Source: Lewinella sp. (GTDB lineage Bacteria; Bacteroidota; Bacteroidia; Chitinophagales; Saprospiraceae). Taken from it: a stretch of 62,981 nucleotides of DNA. Below the pieces are notes generated by a model, which did not search any database, was not told the origin of the DNA, and saw nothing but the letters and a program-made list of their open reading frames with translations. A program made the translations under genes and the position numbers. Each line of letters starts with the position of its first letter. The first letter of the stretch is position 1. This document shows, piece by piece, positions 20,901-30,818 of the stretch. The stretch is taken from NCBI GenBank assembly GCA_045110355.1, contig JBGCFZ010000282.1:1-62981 (forward strand). Direction: 5' to 3'.

Positions 20901-23900
20901 GAGGAAGTGCCTCCCGGCACCTGCCGGGTATACGGCCTGACCTATTCTGGCAGCCTGATTGCCAGTGTAGAGGATGATATCAATGGCGTGGACCTATCTA
21001 CAGGTTGTTCTGCTCTCAGTGACAACTTTATCACGGTGATCCGTCAGGACGCAACGACCGGCCCCATCAGCACTGAAGCTGGGGAGACGGAAATCCTGGC
21101 TTGTCCCGGAGATGCTTTCCCTGATCTTTTCCGCTTTGATTCTACGGGGACTACCCTGACGAACTTCAATTACCTGGTAACCGACGCCAACAACGTAGTC
21201 GCATTCGTTGCCTTTACGCATCAAATCGATTTCGAACAATTGCCGGTAGGTGTTTGTCGCGTCTACGGATTGGGCTATGACGGTATTATTGCGGCAAGCC
21301 CCGGAGATGTAGCCGGTGAAGATCCGCTGGCGACTCAGTGTTACGCACTCTCAGAAAACTTCGTTACCGTAACGAAAGAACTCCCCGAAGGTGGTACCAT
21401 CACGACAGTAGATGGTGAAAACGCAGTATCCGTTTGTTCAATGGACGGTATTGATGACATCGTTGAGGTGGTAAGCTCCGACGCCGTTGGCGCCGGATTC
21501 ACTTACGTGATCACTACCGACGAAAACATTATCCTGGAGATTGGTGCTGGCCCTCAGTTCAATTTTGACGAAGCTCCCTTCGGCGTTTGCCGAATCTGGG
21601 GCCTGTCTTACCAAGGTGAACTTACTGCGGTGGCTGGCGACGACGCCTCCACTGCGATGTTGGCAACAAGCTGTTTTGACTTGTCGGACAACTTCGTTAC
21701 CGTTACCCGAGAAGATATTTTGGGTGGAGAGGTTTCGCTGGGTTCTGGCGCTACGGAAGTTTCTACTTGTCCGTCTGATGGGATCGCTGATCTGCTTTCC
21801 TTCACCAACCTCGGCGCTACCGGTAACAATTACCAGTACGTAGTCACCAACGAAGAGAACGAAGTGCTGGCCTTAGTCGAAGGTAGCAGCTTTGATTTTG
21901 ACCCGGCTGGCCCCGGCGTATGCCGCGTATGGGGCTTCGCTTATGCTGGTGAGGTGGCTGTAATGGTGGGAGACACCGTTACGACTGATGATCTTGCTAG
22001 CGGTTGTTTCGCCCTTTCCGACAACTACATTACCGTTACCCGAGAGATCCCGGAAGGTGGCAGTGTAAGCCTGGACGACGGTACGAACGTCGTTGATGTG
22101 TGTTCCGGTGTGGAAGAGGAACCTGCCTTGCAGTTTATTACAACTTCAACTTCAGGCAGCTACACTTACCTGATCGCTCAGGACAGCATTGCCCTCACGG
22201 CGATCCCGTCAGACAGCTTCAACTTCAATATGGCGCAGGGCGGCATTTACCAGATCTTCGGCCTGGCGTTTGCTGGTGACCTGTCGATCAGCCCCGGACA
22301 GAATATCTTCCTAACGGACCTGTCCAACAGCTGTTTTGAACTCAGTGATACCTTTATCACCGTCGTTGTTACGGAAGTGGATGGTGCGACGATTCTTGGT
22401 AACGGAGCGGAAGAACTGTACTTCTGCCCTGAAAACCTCGATGATGGCTTTGCGCGGTTTGATAATACCAGCGGTACGTCCAGTGATAATTACACTTACG
22501 TAATTACAACGGCTACCATACAGCCCGTTATCCTGGCGGTGATGCCGGCTGACAGCTTCGAATTTGGTACCCTGCCCCTGATGGAGCTTCGGGTATACGG
22601 TATTTGCTGGAGTGGCGAATTCCTGGCCGGGCCTGGCTTTAGCCTGCTGAACAGTCAGTTGGCTACAGAGTGTGTCGATATTTCTGACAACTACGTTACC
22701 ATTTTCAACGATACGCCAGAAGCGGGAGAAATCAGCTTTGATAATGTTCCGGCTACGGATATTTTCTGTACGGTTAATGGAGATGGTTCGGTAAGCGTTT
22801 CTACGACGAGCGATAGCCAGACAGGCTATGCCGTGATTGTGACGGACACTTTTAACGTCGTTCAACTTGTCTCCACCGATCAGACAAATGTCCCCCTTGG
22901 CTCATTGCCCGAAGGCCCGTACAGGGTTTGGGGATTGGCTTACACTGGTAATGTGCTTGTAGAAGCAGGTGACGACATCACTACTGCCGTACTGGCCGAT
23001 AATTGCTACGAACTTACCTTGTCCTTCCTGGACGTAGAACAAGGCGGAAGCATTGATGCCGGAACTATCCTTAACCTGACAACGGAGGGAACGGGAGATA
23101 CGATTCGCTGGTGTGTTGCCGACGGTGATAACCCGATTGCTGTAGTAGACGCAAGCGTAAGCGGACCAAACTACAACTACATTGTCACGGATGCAGATGG
23201 TATCGTGCTTGTAGCTAACCTGCCTAGCCCAATCATTCCTTTCGAGCGCTTCGGGCCAGGAGAGTACCGCATCTACGGTTTCAACTACACTGGCATGAGC
23301 CTGGTGAATATTAATCAGAACATTAATACGACGCTGTTAAGTACGGCATGTGGCGCATTGACCAGTAACTTCCTTACTGTGATCTACATCGACCCCGATG
23401 CAGGCATGGTCACTACAGCCGGAGGTGAAACGGAAATTGAGGTGGAAATTGCCGGTAGCGGCACGGATGCTACGGCGATCGTTTCCTTCATGACGACTTC
23501 TGACTCCCTGGACAATTTCGTTTACGTAGTAACCGATGAAGACAATATGCTCCTCGCCATCAGCGAAAGTGCTACTATTGACTTTGGCCTTTCTGGCGTA
23601 GGCGTTTGTCGCGTTTGGGGCCTGGCTTACACTGGTGAGATCATTGCCGGGTTAAACGACAACGCACTGATGACTGAACTTACTGATGGTTGTTTCGACC
23701 TTAGCGATAACTTCGTTACCGTTACCCGCGTCGATGAAGTTGGCTTTGATGATCCTGGCCATGGCGATGATCATGGTGTCGTTTCTGCTCTGCAGATGAC
23801 CGCCCGACCTAACCCAACCAGCGGAAGCGTAATTTACCTCGACATCGAAAGCCTCGGTAATATGCCCGGTGGTATGGTCTACGTGCGCGACATTAATGGC

Positions 23901-24044
23901 GTTTCTTACTCCGTACAACCACTAGCTCGTGGTGGCCAGACGGCCACCCTGGCCCTGGACATCAGTATGCTCCCTCCCGGAATGTACTTCGCGCAATTGG
24001 CGACTGAGATGGGCATAGAGTCTGTACGCTTCATGAAGCAGTAG
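17949..24044 (+). CDS. Large secreted repeat protein (about 17 Cys-containing repeats of about 110 aa) with T9SS type-A CTD
   Basis: Signal peptide from ATG 17949; repeats CPGDG..D...CRVWGL.Y.G...C..LS.NFVTV.R; C-terminal PNPTSG...DISMLPPGMYF...RFMKQ. Confidence 0.88.
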   Translation: MHKNLYFNAFRLLFCTLLLTTTIFAQDPGSGDRRPCQEDAIVSLAFSGATELNTCTDDDIMDRIRFQVNNFNQAYAYVVVDQGDIIRSIGFSNFINFDMLPSGTLRVFAFSNYGRITASVGEDFNTATLSVPCAGLTANFVTVNNGTSGEVVIMAEQDAYDICLDDEPDLVTFTSSVPNSSFVVVSAAGTINAISETGVIDFNNATPGNCRAYAFASPNGVPAAPGDPFSVLDGISGCGIGLSTNFIAINRSEANGGTILTTDGEDSVLTCPGDGNDDLIDFAITGASGGSSRIIVTDDQNMIIGLPEGTSVNFDDAGVGVCRAWNLAFTGDFIAVVGQNILEAQLASGCQDLSDGFVEVRREVPVGGTVLTIDGLSDVQTCPNDGEADVIEVFCTGASGGSVIYLITDGNGDLLGSNTEPSFDVEGAGTGACRIYALTYQGNLTLEEGVNVPTATNLADDCFALSVTFVTVNRLAPEGGLITTDEGLIALTVCPGDGIDDNVGFVRIGADVTADYTYVVTDVDNNVLAIPTDDVVNFDAAPNGICRVWGLSYVGHLTIEEGDDLLATELSDGCFDLSVNFVTVIRESPEGGSILTVAGESSLLICPGDGNDDIVEFAVTGATGPENRLIITDENNMIIGLPEGPTANFDTAPVGVCRVWNVSFYGDFTAAIGQDLMVGPLTEGCNDLSEDFVEIRREVPAGGTILTTDGDSEVETCPGDGNADLIEVVTTDASGGTLVYLITDADNVLLDFSETPSFDVEGAGVGACRIYSLTYQGTLTLTPGMDVTTATDLADNCFALSTTFVNVIRSIPAGGTVATEDGETEITVCPGDGIADEVVFVSTDADPTANFTFVVTDADNLVLSIPTGNSANFEDAPLGACRLWGVSYAGMLLIEAGDDLTETILSDACFSLSDNFVTVFRELPTGGTVQLDNGATEATVCPGDGVNDVLTFVSEGSVGDNFTFVITDENGSILGFPASASVNFEEVPPGTCRVYGLTYSGSLIASVEDDINGVDLSTGCSALSDNFITVIRQDATTGPISTEAGETEILACPGDAFPDLFRFDSTGTTLTNFNYLVTDANNVVAFVAFTHQIDFEQLPVGVCRVYGLGYDGIIAASPGDVAGEDPLATQCYALSENFVTVTKELPEGGTITTVDGENAVSVCSMDGIDDIVEVVSSDAVGAGFTYVITTDENIILEIGAGPQFNFDEAPFGVCRIWGLSYQGELTAVAGDDASTAMLATSCFDLSDNFVTVTREDILGGEVSLGSGATEVSTCPSDGIADLLSFTNLGATGNNYQYVVTNEENEVLALVEGSSFDFDPAGPGVCRVWGFAYAGEVAVMVGDTVTTDDLASGCFALSDNYITVTREIPEGGSVSLDDGTNVVDVCSGVEEEPALQFITTSTSGSYTYLIAQDSIALTAIPSDSFNFNMAQGGIYQIFGLAFAGDLSISPGQNIFLTDLSNSCFELSDTFITVVVTEVDGATILGNGAEELYFCPENLDDGFARFDNTSGTSSDNYTYVITTATIQPVILAVMPADSFEFGTLPLMELRVYGICWSGEFLAGPGFSLLNSQLATECVDISDNYVTIFNDTPEAGEISFDNVPATDIFCTVNGDGSVSVSTTSDSQTGYAVIVTDTFNVVQLVSTDQTNVPLGSLPEGPYRVWGLAYTGNVLVEAGDDITTAVLADNCYELTLSFLDVEQGGSIDAGTILNLTTEGTGDTIRWCVADGDNPIAVVDASVSGPNYNYIVTDADGIVLVANLPSPIIPFERFGPGEYRIYGFNYTGMSLVNINQNINTTLLSTACGALTSNFLTVIYIDPDAGMVTTAGGETEIEVEIAGSGTDATAIVSFMTTSDSLDNFVYVVTDEDNMLLAISESATIDFGLSGVGVCRVWGLAYTGEIIAGLNDNALMTELTDGCFDLSDNFVTVTRVDEVGFDDPGHGDDHGVVSALQMTARPNPTSGSVIYLDIESLGNMPGGMVYVRDINGVSYSVQPLARGGQTATLALDISMLPPGMYFAQLATEMGIESVRFMKQ

Positions 24045-24070
24045 ATCATTTCTGTTTAGTAGTTCAAATG

Positions 24071-24110
24071 GAAAGACCCTCCCGAAACCAGTTTCGGGAG
24101 GGTCTTTTCT
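24071..24110. terminator. Bidirectional intrinsic terminator between convergent genes
   Basis: aaagaccctcccgaaac-ca-gtttcgggagggtcttt. Confidence 0.88.
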
Positions 24111-24158
24111 TATGGGCTACTTTATTTATACGGGACTCGGTCACCTTAATGGAGGATA

Positions 24159-25412
24159 TTATTTCTCCACTACAAACCCAAGTCGTTCAAAATCTCGGTA
24201 AAAATCGGGGTAGCTTTTACCTACCACTTCCGGGTCTTCAATCTTAATGGGGTGTAACAGCGCCAGCGGGGCCATCGCCATCGCCATCCGGTGGTCATGA
24301 TAGGTGGCGAAGGTGGGGGCTCCGGCGCTAAAATCTGCCTTCCCCTCCTGCGCGAATACCTGCTGACCGGGGCCAGCACCACTCATGTGGGCGGGAATCT
24401 TGTAGAGGGCGATGCCCATCTTACCGAGTTCGGCCTTCATGGCTGCTACGCGGTCAGTTTCTTTAATGAACAACGTTTGCAGGCCACTGTAGAGGGCCTG
24501 AACGCCAAGTCCGGCACAGGTGGCCATCAGCGTCTGGGCAATGTCCGGGCATTCAACGAAATCTTGTTCAAAGAGGGGAGGAACGGCAGCACCGGCAGCT
24601 TTCTCGATGCGGAGTCCGGTATCGTTGAAGGTGGTGACAACGCCAAAGCGTTCGTAGAGCTTTGCCACCACGGCGTCTCCCTGCACGCTGTCTGAGAAAA
24701 GGCCATCGATCTGAAGATCGGCGCTGTCGGCCAGGGCTGCTAGCCCGTAGTAGTAACTGGCGGCGGACCAATCGGCTTCAACCGTAAATTCTCGGGGGTG
24801 GTAAGCCTGGGGAAGGACGACGATCGTCTGGCCTTCCCAACTGCTCGTTACGCCGAAGTAGGCCATCAGCGAAAGGGTCATCTTGATGTAGGGGATGCTG
24901 ACGATCTCCCCGTCGAGCGTAAGGCGGAGTCCGTTGGGTAGGGTCGGCGCCAACATGAGAAGGCTGGAGATGTACTGGCTGCTGGTGTCGGCAGCAATGG
25001 TGATGGCATCGGCCTGGTCAAGTGAAGAATAGCCAATTTTGAGCGGAGGATACCCCTCTTTTTCGGTATATTCGATGTCTGCGCCCAATTCGAGAAGGGC
25101 ATCGACCAGTATGCCAATAGGGCGTTCCTTCATGCGTTGGCTGCCGGTGAGTATTTGATGGCCTGGCCGCCGGCTCAGGTAGCCGGTGAGGAAACGGAAG
25201 GTGGTGCCAGCGGGGCCAGCATCCAGTACCTCGTCGTCGCTGGCGAGCATGCCTTCAAGGCGCACGGTGTCGTCCGCTGCAGCAAGGCGATGAATGGGGA
25301 AGCCACCCGGTGTCAGTGCCCTGATGATCAAGGCCCGGTTAGCGATGGATTTAGAGCCCGTGAGGGCAATGTGTCCTTTGAGGGTAGGGTTGGGGTGGCT
25401 GAGTTGATACAT
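24159..25412 (-). CDS. aroA: 3-phosphoshikimate 1-carboxyvinyltransferase (EPSP synthase)
   Basis: GSKSIANRAL, AGTTFRFL, RMKERPI, SSQYISSLLM, IKETDR, DHRMAM, V.KSYPDF. Confidence 0.97.
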   Translation of the reverse strand: MYQLSHPNPTLKGHIALTGSKSIANRALIIRALTPGGFPIHRLAAADDTVRLEGMLASDDEVLDAGPAGTTFRFLTGYLSRRPGHQILTGSQRMKERPIGILVDALLELGADIEYTEKEGYPPLKIGYSSLDQADAITIAADTSSQYISSLLMLAPTLPNGLRLTLDGEIVSIPYIKMTLSLMAYFGVTSSWEGQTIVVLPQAYHPREFTVEADWSAASYYYGLAALADSADLQIDGLFSDSVQGDAVVAKLYERFGVVTTFNDTGLRIEKAAGAAVPPLFEQDFVECPDIAQTLMATCAGLGVQALYSGLQTLFIKETDRVAAMKAELGKMGIALYKIPAHMSGAGPGQQVFAQEGKADFSAGAPTFATYHDHRMAMAMAPLALLHPIKIEDPEVVGKSYPDFYRDFERLGFVVEK

Positions 25413-25670
25413 AGCTAAGTTGAATAAATTGTGCTTTAACCCTTTCCCAACCGCTCCCCGCGGGGGAGGGGCTTAGCCAAACGCTGCGCGTTTGATGGAG
25501 AACGTTAATGCTCGCGGATCGCAAAGGTAAAAATGTTGTTGTACGATTAGGGGCTGGAGAAAGACGAACGTTTCCATCATTTTTCGGTTTTACGTTGTAG
25601 AAAGGAGCATTTACGTGATCAATGGGCAAAGACTGGCGTCCGCCCACCTTGCTGATTAACTACCTGATGT

Positions 25671-25689
25671 TGCACCTGCGACCCCGCCC
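25671..25689 (-). repeat. Degenerate family-1 repeat
   Basis: tgcacctgcgaccccgccc. Confidence 0.6.
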
Positions 25690-25817
25690 CTTAGCACTCA
25701 GCAATTATCTTACGGTACGATCTATGCCCTGAAAGGAGAGCCCTAACTACTAAAAACTGATTAGCGAAAACTGCCTGCTGATCCCTGAATTCTGACCCCT
25801 GAATCCTATCTTACATC

Positions 25818-26903
25818 ATGCGCATTACCCGACTTGTTAAAACCGCTGCCGAACGTGCCGGAATAAACCGAACAGCTGCCGGGGCACCTCCGGGAACACT
25901 CGTATACACAGGTAAAAAAGAAATGGAAGAGGTGCATGTTCACCTTACCCACTACGATGCGGATCATTTTCATTGTAGTACGATGATTGGTGAAATACCG
26001 GAAGATAATGCGCCGGGAAAGACCACCTGGTACGATGTTCGTGGACTGCACCGGGTTAAGCTAATTGAAAAATTGGGTAAAACATATGGGATGCATCCGC
26101 TGGCGCTGGAAGACGTGGTGGACGTGCAACAGCGGCCCAAGATGGAAATCTATAAGGATGGTATCTTGCTGCAACTAAAGGCCTTTGATTTTGATCGGAA
26201 CACCCGGGATCTAAGCATCGAACAGGTGTCCATTTATCTGACCGATGAAACCGTGATCACCTTCCAGGAAGACGCCGGGGACCTTTTCGAGGCCGTTCGA
26301 AAACGGCTGGAATCGTCAAGTGGCCGTATTCGCAGCAAAGGGCCGGATTATCTGGCGTATGCGCTGATTGACAACATTACGGATCGTTACTTCTCGGTAC
26401 TTGATAACATTGAGGAAACGCTGGATGAGCTGGAAAATATAATACTGACCGATCCGGAGCCTCATACCAAATCTAAGATTCATGACCTCCGTCTAGCGCT
26501 TTTAACGATGCGTAAAAGCACGAGTCCGATGCGGGAAATGGCCGGAAAATATGGAGATACGGTGCACCGGTTGGTGTCGGAAGACACCCAACTTTATGTT
26601 CGTGACCTAAAGGACCACATCATTCAGGTGACGGACCTGGTGGAAACTTACCGGGACGTAACGAACGGTTTATATGACCTCTACGTCAGCGAAATCAGCT
26701 TCCGGATGAACAGCGTGATGCAAACCCTCACCATTGTCTCTACCATTTTCATTCCTCTAGGCTTTCTGGCCGGCGTGTTCGGGATGAATTTTGCCGTGAT
26801 GCCCGGCCTGGAGAACCCTTACGGATACTATATTTTCTGGGCGGCTATGGTGATGATCGCTGGGTTCCTACTGCTTTGGTTTCGGAGTAAAAAATGGATA
26901 TGA
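25818..26903 (+). CDS. corA: Magnesium/cobalt transporter CorA
   Basis: GAPPGTL, HPLALED...QRPK, GMN signature (GVFGMNF), two C-terminal TMs. Confidence 0.95.
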   Translation: MRITRLVKTAAERAGINRTAAGAPPGTLVYTGKKEMEEVHVHLTHYDADHFHCSTMIGEIPEDNAPGKTTWYDVRGLHRVKLIEKLGKTYGMHPLALEDVVDVQQRPKMEIYKDGILLQLKAFDFDRNTRDLSIEQVSIYLTDETVITFQEDAGDLFEAVRKRLESSSGRIRSKGPDYLAYALIDNITDRYFSVLDNIEETLDELENIILTDPEPHTKSKIHDLRLALLTMRKSTSPMREMAGKYGDTVHRLVSEDTQLYVRDLKDHIIQVTDLVETYRDVTNGLYDLYVSEISFRMNSVMQTLTIVSTIFIPLGFLAGVFGMNFAVMPGLENPYGYYIFWAAMVMIAGFLLLWFRSKKWI

Positions 26904-27000
26904 AGGGGTAAACGATAAAGGGGGCAGGGGCAGGGGACTAGGCTATCTTTCTCCCTTTTTCCCTTTCTACCCTTCCTTTGGGCGCGGCCGCAGGTGCAAA
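26904..27000 (+). repeat. Compound element: purine/pyrimidine inverted arms plus a family-1 repeat (26980-27000)
   Basis: G-rich arm, then ctccctttttccctttctacccttcc, then gggcgcggccgcaggtgcaaa. Confidence 0.8.
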
Positions 27001-27135
27001 AACCAGGACCAGAAAGCAGGCCATAAACCGTTAAAACCATCCACATTGTGCCTAAAAGTGGTCTGTTTGACAAACCTTTAATGAGCAAATGCGCCGTAAA
27101 TGCGTTCTTTACGACGAAAACCAACACTAAGCGAA

Positions 27136-28080
27136 ATGAATAAGAAGTCACTAACGATCGTTGCCATCCTATTGGCCCTGCTTTTTTTAGCCAGTCTTTT
27201 CTGGGGGATCAGCCGAAATAATGCCGCTGGGGAACTGACAGCCGCCAACACGGAGATCAGTGCAGAGGTAGATCAGCTCTCCTTATTACGAGCCAACCTG
27301 GAGAAGCAGGTGGACAGCCTTGGTTCTATTTATGAAACAGCCGTTGCGGACAACGAATCGCTTAAGGGACAGCTTGCCGAATCACAAGACGTTACCAAGC
27401 GTGCGCTCTACGATATGCGTAAAGCCCAAAAATCTCGCAAGAACGATAATGAAGTTGCTTATCAGATGCGTCTGCAGATAGAAGACCTTATTAACGCCAG
27501 GGCTAATCTTGAAACGAGCCTGCTGGCCCTGGAAGCGGAGAACAAAAAACTCAAGAAGGACAATGTCGTATTGCGACAGGACCTGAGTGATGCTAAAACC
27601 GCCGCATACAACTTCGAGAAGAAGAATGAAAATCTGGAGACCATGACCCAAAGTATGGAGAAACAGATTACGGAGATGACGCTTGGTGCCTTTAAGGCTA
27701 CAGCCATTCAGGTTGATATGTTCCGGGGGAATAAAGGAGATAAAGTCACCGCTGATGCCAGCCGGGTAAAGCGGATGAACGTTAGCTTTGATCTCACCGC
27801 CGTGCCAGATAAATATCTTGGCGTACGTCCCATTTACCTTGTACTTTCTGACCAGTCAGGGACGCCCGTTGTTTCAGAAAACCCCGTACGCGCTAAGGCG
27901 ATTGTGAACGGTGCTGCAATGGACCTCATTGCATTGGAAGGCCGGGATGTAAACGTGGAAAAAAACCAACGGATCAGCTTTACCCACGATCTTGACGTGA
28001 AGTTGAAGGCGGGATACTACCGTGCTCAAATTTTTACGGACCTGGGACTGCTGGGTGCTGCTAGTGTTAATTTACGATAG
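27136..28080 (+). CDS. Membrane-anchored coiled-coil hypothetical protein
   Basis: N-terminal TM, long heptad region, C-terminal beta domain; ATG at 27136. Confidence 0.75.
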   Translation: MNKKSLTIVAILLALLFLASLFWGISRNNAAGELTAANTEISAEVDQLSLLRANLEKQVDSLGSIYETAVADNESLKGQLAESQDVTKRALYDMRKAQKSRKNDNEVAYQMRLQIEDLINARANLETSLLALEAENKKLKKDNVVLRQDLSDAKTAAYNFEKKNENLETMTQSMEKQITEMTLGAFKATAIQVDMFRGNKGDKVTADASRVKRMNVSFDLTAVPDKYLGVRPIYLVLSDQSGTPVVSENPVRAKAIVNGAAMDLIALEGRDVNVEKNQRISFTHDLDVKLKAGYYRAQIFTDLGLLGAASVNLR

Positions 28081-28375
28081 TAACAAGTTGCCACATGCAA
28101 TTTTAGATAAATTGCGACAATACTTTGGCAGGCTCAATACATGATCTTTCATGTCAATCAGCCATCAATAATTCGCCCCAGGCGAATTATTGATGGCTCT
28201 TGCCAAAGAAAAATCGGCGATTGAGCTTATCGAAATCACTTTGTTTCTTTGTTCAGCGATTGCCTCACTTGAACCCTACAACCGATCAACGGGCAATTGT
28301 CAATTTGCGAGCTGTACAACCTGCAACCTGCAACTTGTTGTACCTTTGCCCCGCTTACCAAAAACCACTGATTAA

Positions 28376-29332
28376 ATGGTATTTCTAGAATTTGAGCGAC
28401 CACTGGAGAAACTCTACGAGCAACTGGAAAAAGTCCGGGAAGTAGCAGAAGACGGTGTTGTGGACATGGAGGAGACCATTCAGGAGTTGGAGACTCGCAT
28501 CAAGCAGACCCGTAAGGACATTTACAATGACCTTTCTGGCTGGCAGCGTGTCCAATTAAGTCGCCACCCTGAGCGCCCTTATACCTTGTTCTATATTGAG
28601 CAGATGTGCCGGAAGTTCGTGGAATTACACGGTGACCGCTACCACGGAGACGATAAAGCTATTGTAGGGGGTATCGGTAATATGGATGGACAAACGGTGG
28701 TGATCATCGGCCACCAGAAGGGGGTGAATACTAAAATGCGGCAATACCGTAACTTTGGTATGGCCAACCCGGAAGGCTATCGTAAAGCGCTTCGGTTGAT
28801 GAAAATGGCGGAGCGTTTTGGCTTTCCCGTAGTTACGCTGATTGATACGCCGGGAGCTTTTCCTGGCATCGAAGCTGAAGAGCGTGGGCAAGCAGAGGCC
28901 ATTGCACGAAACCTGATTGAGATGGCTCAATTGCGGGTACCAATTGTTAGTGTTGTAATTGGTGAAGGAGCCAGTGGCGGCGCGATAGGTATCGGGTTGG
29001 GAGACCACGTGATGATGTTAGAGAATACCTGGTATTCCGTTATCAGCCCGGAGAGTTGCAGCAGCATTTTATGGCGAAGCTGGGACTATAAAGAACAGGC
29101 CGCCGAAGCACTGAAGCTAACGGCAGAGGATATGCTGGGATTTGGTATCATTGACGAAATCGTAAAGGAGCCTCAGGGCGGTGCCCACTCCTCTCCGGAA
29201 GAAATGGCCAAGAGCCTTAAGCGACAATTGAAAAAGGCTATTGTAGCCTTACAGGAAAAAGATATCGAACAGGTAATTGAAGAGCGTATTGCGAAGTACT
29301 CGGCCATTGGACGAGTAGAAAACGCTGGCTAA
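28376..29332 (+). CDS. accA: Acetyl-CoA carboxylase carboxyltransferase alpha subunit
   Basis: [48 protein letters not shown]. Confidence 0.97.
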   Translation: MVFLEFERPLEKLYEQLEKVREVAEDGVVDMEETIQELETRIKQTRKDIYNDLSGWQRVQLSRHPERPYTLFYIEQMCRKFVELHGDRYHGDDKAIVGGIGNMDGQTVVIIGHQKGVNTKMRQYRNFGMANPEGYRKALRLMKMAERFGFPVVTLIDTPGAFPGIEAEERGQAEAIARNLIEMAQLRVPIVSVVIGEGASGGAIGIGLGDHVMMLENTWYSVISPESCSSILWRSWDYKEQAAEALKLTAEDMLGFGIIDEIVKEPQGGAHSSPEEMAKSLKRQLKKAIVALQEKDIEQVIEERIAKYSAIGRVENAG

Positions 29333-29889
29333 TGTCTATTTTTAAAAACATAAAGCAAAGGCTGTTCAACAAGCGGATGGAAGAGGAAACTTCCAACCAC
29401 AGAGCAAAGGGATCAGGCAACCAGGTGAACCTGAATACCGCGAGGTTGATAACAATCCTTTTTGTTGCGGACTCCGCTGAAGACCGCAAAGCAGTGGACA
29501 AATGGCGGGACGCTAATCGGCGGCCCGGTTGTAAAATCAAAGTGGTGGGCTTTTTCGAGCAGGAAGTTGGATCCGCTAGTTTCGACTTCGACATAATATC
29601 GGTGAAAGACCTTAATTGGTACGGAGTGCCGCAGGGAGATATCGTCAAAAAAGTCCAAAGTGATGACACCGATTTGTTATTACGACTGGGCCCCGCCCAG
29701 CACCCCGTTCTGGACTTTTTAGCAACAACCAAACCCGCTAAATTAAAGGTTGGTCCCTTTTCTAAAGACATCACTAATCCTTATCACTTGCAATTTGACG
29801 GTAGCCTCTCGGTTAAACTGAAAGACCAACTGGCAGCTATTGTGAAAATTTTCACCTTTACGAATGCAACGAGCACTTCCAAGGTTTAG
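29332..29889 (+). CDS. Hypothetical protein, co-transcribed with accA and dapA
   Basis: Coupled to accA by a TAATG overlap and overlaps the dapA start; KDLNWYGVP and AKLKVG motifs. Confidence 0.7.
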   Translation: MSIFKNIKQRLFNKRMEEETSNHRAKGSGNQVNLNTARLITILFVADSAEDRKAVDKWRDANRRPGCKIKVVGFFEQEVGSASFDFDIISVKDLNWYGVPQGDIVKKVQSDDTDLLLRLGPAQHPVLDFLATTKPAKLKVGPFSKDITNPYHLQFDGSLSVKLKDQLAAIVKIFTFTNATSTSKV

Positions 29890-30769
29890 CGGCACCGGCG
29901 TCGCTCTGATCACCCCTTTTCGTCCAGACAATACTGTAGACTTCCCCGCGCTGGGGAATATTATTGACTATGTCATAGCGGGAGGTGTTGACTACATCGT
30001 CTCTCTGGGAACAACCGGTGAGGCCATAACACTGAGCAGTCAGGAGTGTCGGGAGATTCTGGATTTTACCCTGCAACACGTAGATGGCCGAGTGGAGATC
30101 GTCGCTGGTTTTTTTGGTGGGAACTACACGGATAAGCTGGAAAAAGTAATCAGGAATTTCAATTTTGACGGCGTCGCTGGCATTATGTCCAGTAGTCCGG
30201 CCTACAGTAAACCCCCGCAGTCGGGAATATACGCGCACTTTATGCGGGTGGCAGATGCCAGCCCACTTCCGGTCATTATTTATAACGTACCCGGGCGGAC
30301 GAGTAGCAATGTGATGCCGGAAACCGTGCTTAAGCTGTCTGAGCATCACGAGAACTTTGCGGCCGTTAAGGAAGCCAGTGGTAAACTGGAGCAATCGGTC
30401 GAAATACTGAAGCATTGCCACGCGAACTTTGGGGTGCTTTCTGGCGAGGACCCGATTACCGCTGCAATAATTGCCCTGGGGGGACATGGTGGGATCAGCG
30501 TAATTGCGAATGCCTTACCCCAGCACTTCAGTGGTATGGTAAATGCGGCACTTGCCAGCGACTTCCCAAAGGCTCGTAAGTTAAACTTCGACATGCTTGA
30601 TATTCACCCGCTGCTCTACGTGGAAGGGAACCCCGTCGGTATTAAGGCTGCGGTGTCGATGTTGGGGCTTTGCCATAACCAGTTGCGTGTACCGTTGATG
30701 CCATTATCGGAACCAAATCGTGAAAAACTTAGGAAACTGTTGAGTTTGGTGCCCGATTTGAAACTGTAG
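29864..30769 (+). CDS. dapA: 4-hydroxy-tetrahydrodipicolinate synthase
   Basis: GVALITPF, LGTTGE, IIYNVPGRT, VKEASG, EGNPVGIKAA. Confidence 0.96.
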   Translation: MQRALPRFSGTGVALITPFRPDNTVDFPALGNIIDYVIAGGVDYIVSLGTTGEAITLSSQECREILDFTLQHVDGRVEIVAGFFGGNYTDKLEKVIRNFNFDGVAGIMSSSPAYSKPPQSGIYAHFMRVADASPLPVIIYNVPGRTSSNVMPETVLKLSEHHENFAAVKEASGKLEQSVEILKHCHANFGVLSGEDPITAAIIALGGHGGISVIANALPQHFSGMVNAALASDFPKARKLNFDMLDIHPLLYVEGNPVGIKAAVSMLGLCHNQLRVPLMPLSEPNREKLRKLLSLVPDLKL

Positions 30770-30806
30770 TGACGTACGGATACATGAACAAACCTTCATT
30801 CATCCG

Positions 30807-30814
30807 TACCTTTG
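30807..30814 (+). promoter_or_regulatory. -7 promoter box TAccTTTG
   Basis: Exact consensus, 4 nt before ATG 30819. Confidence 0.65.
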
Positions 30815-30818
30815 CATC

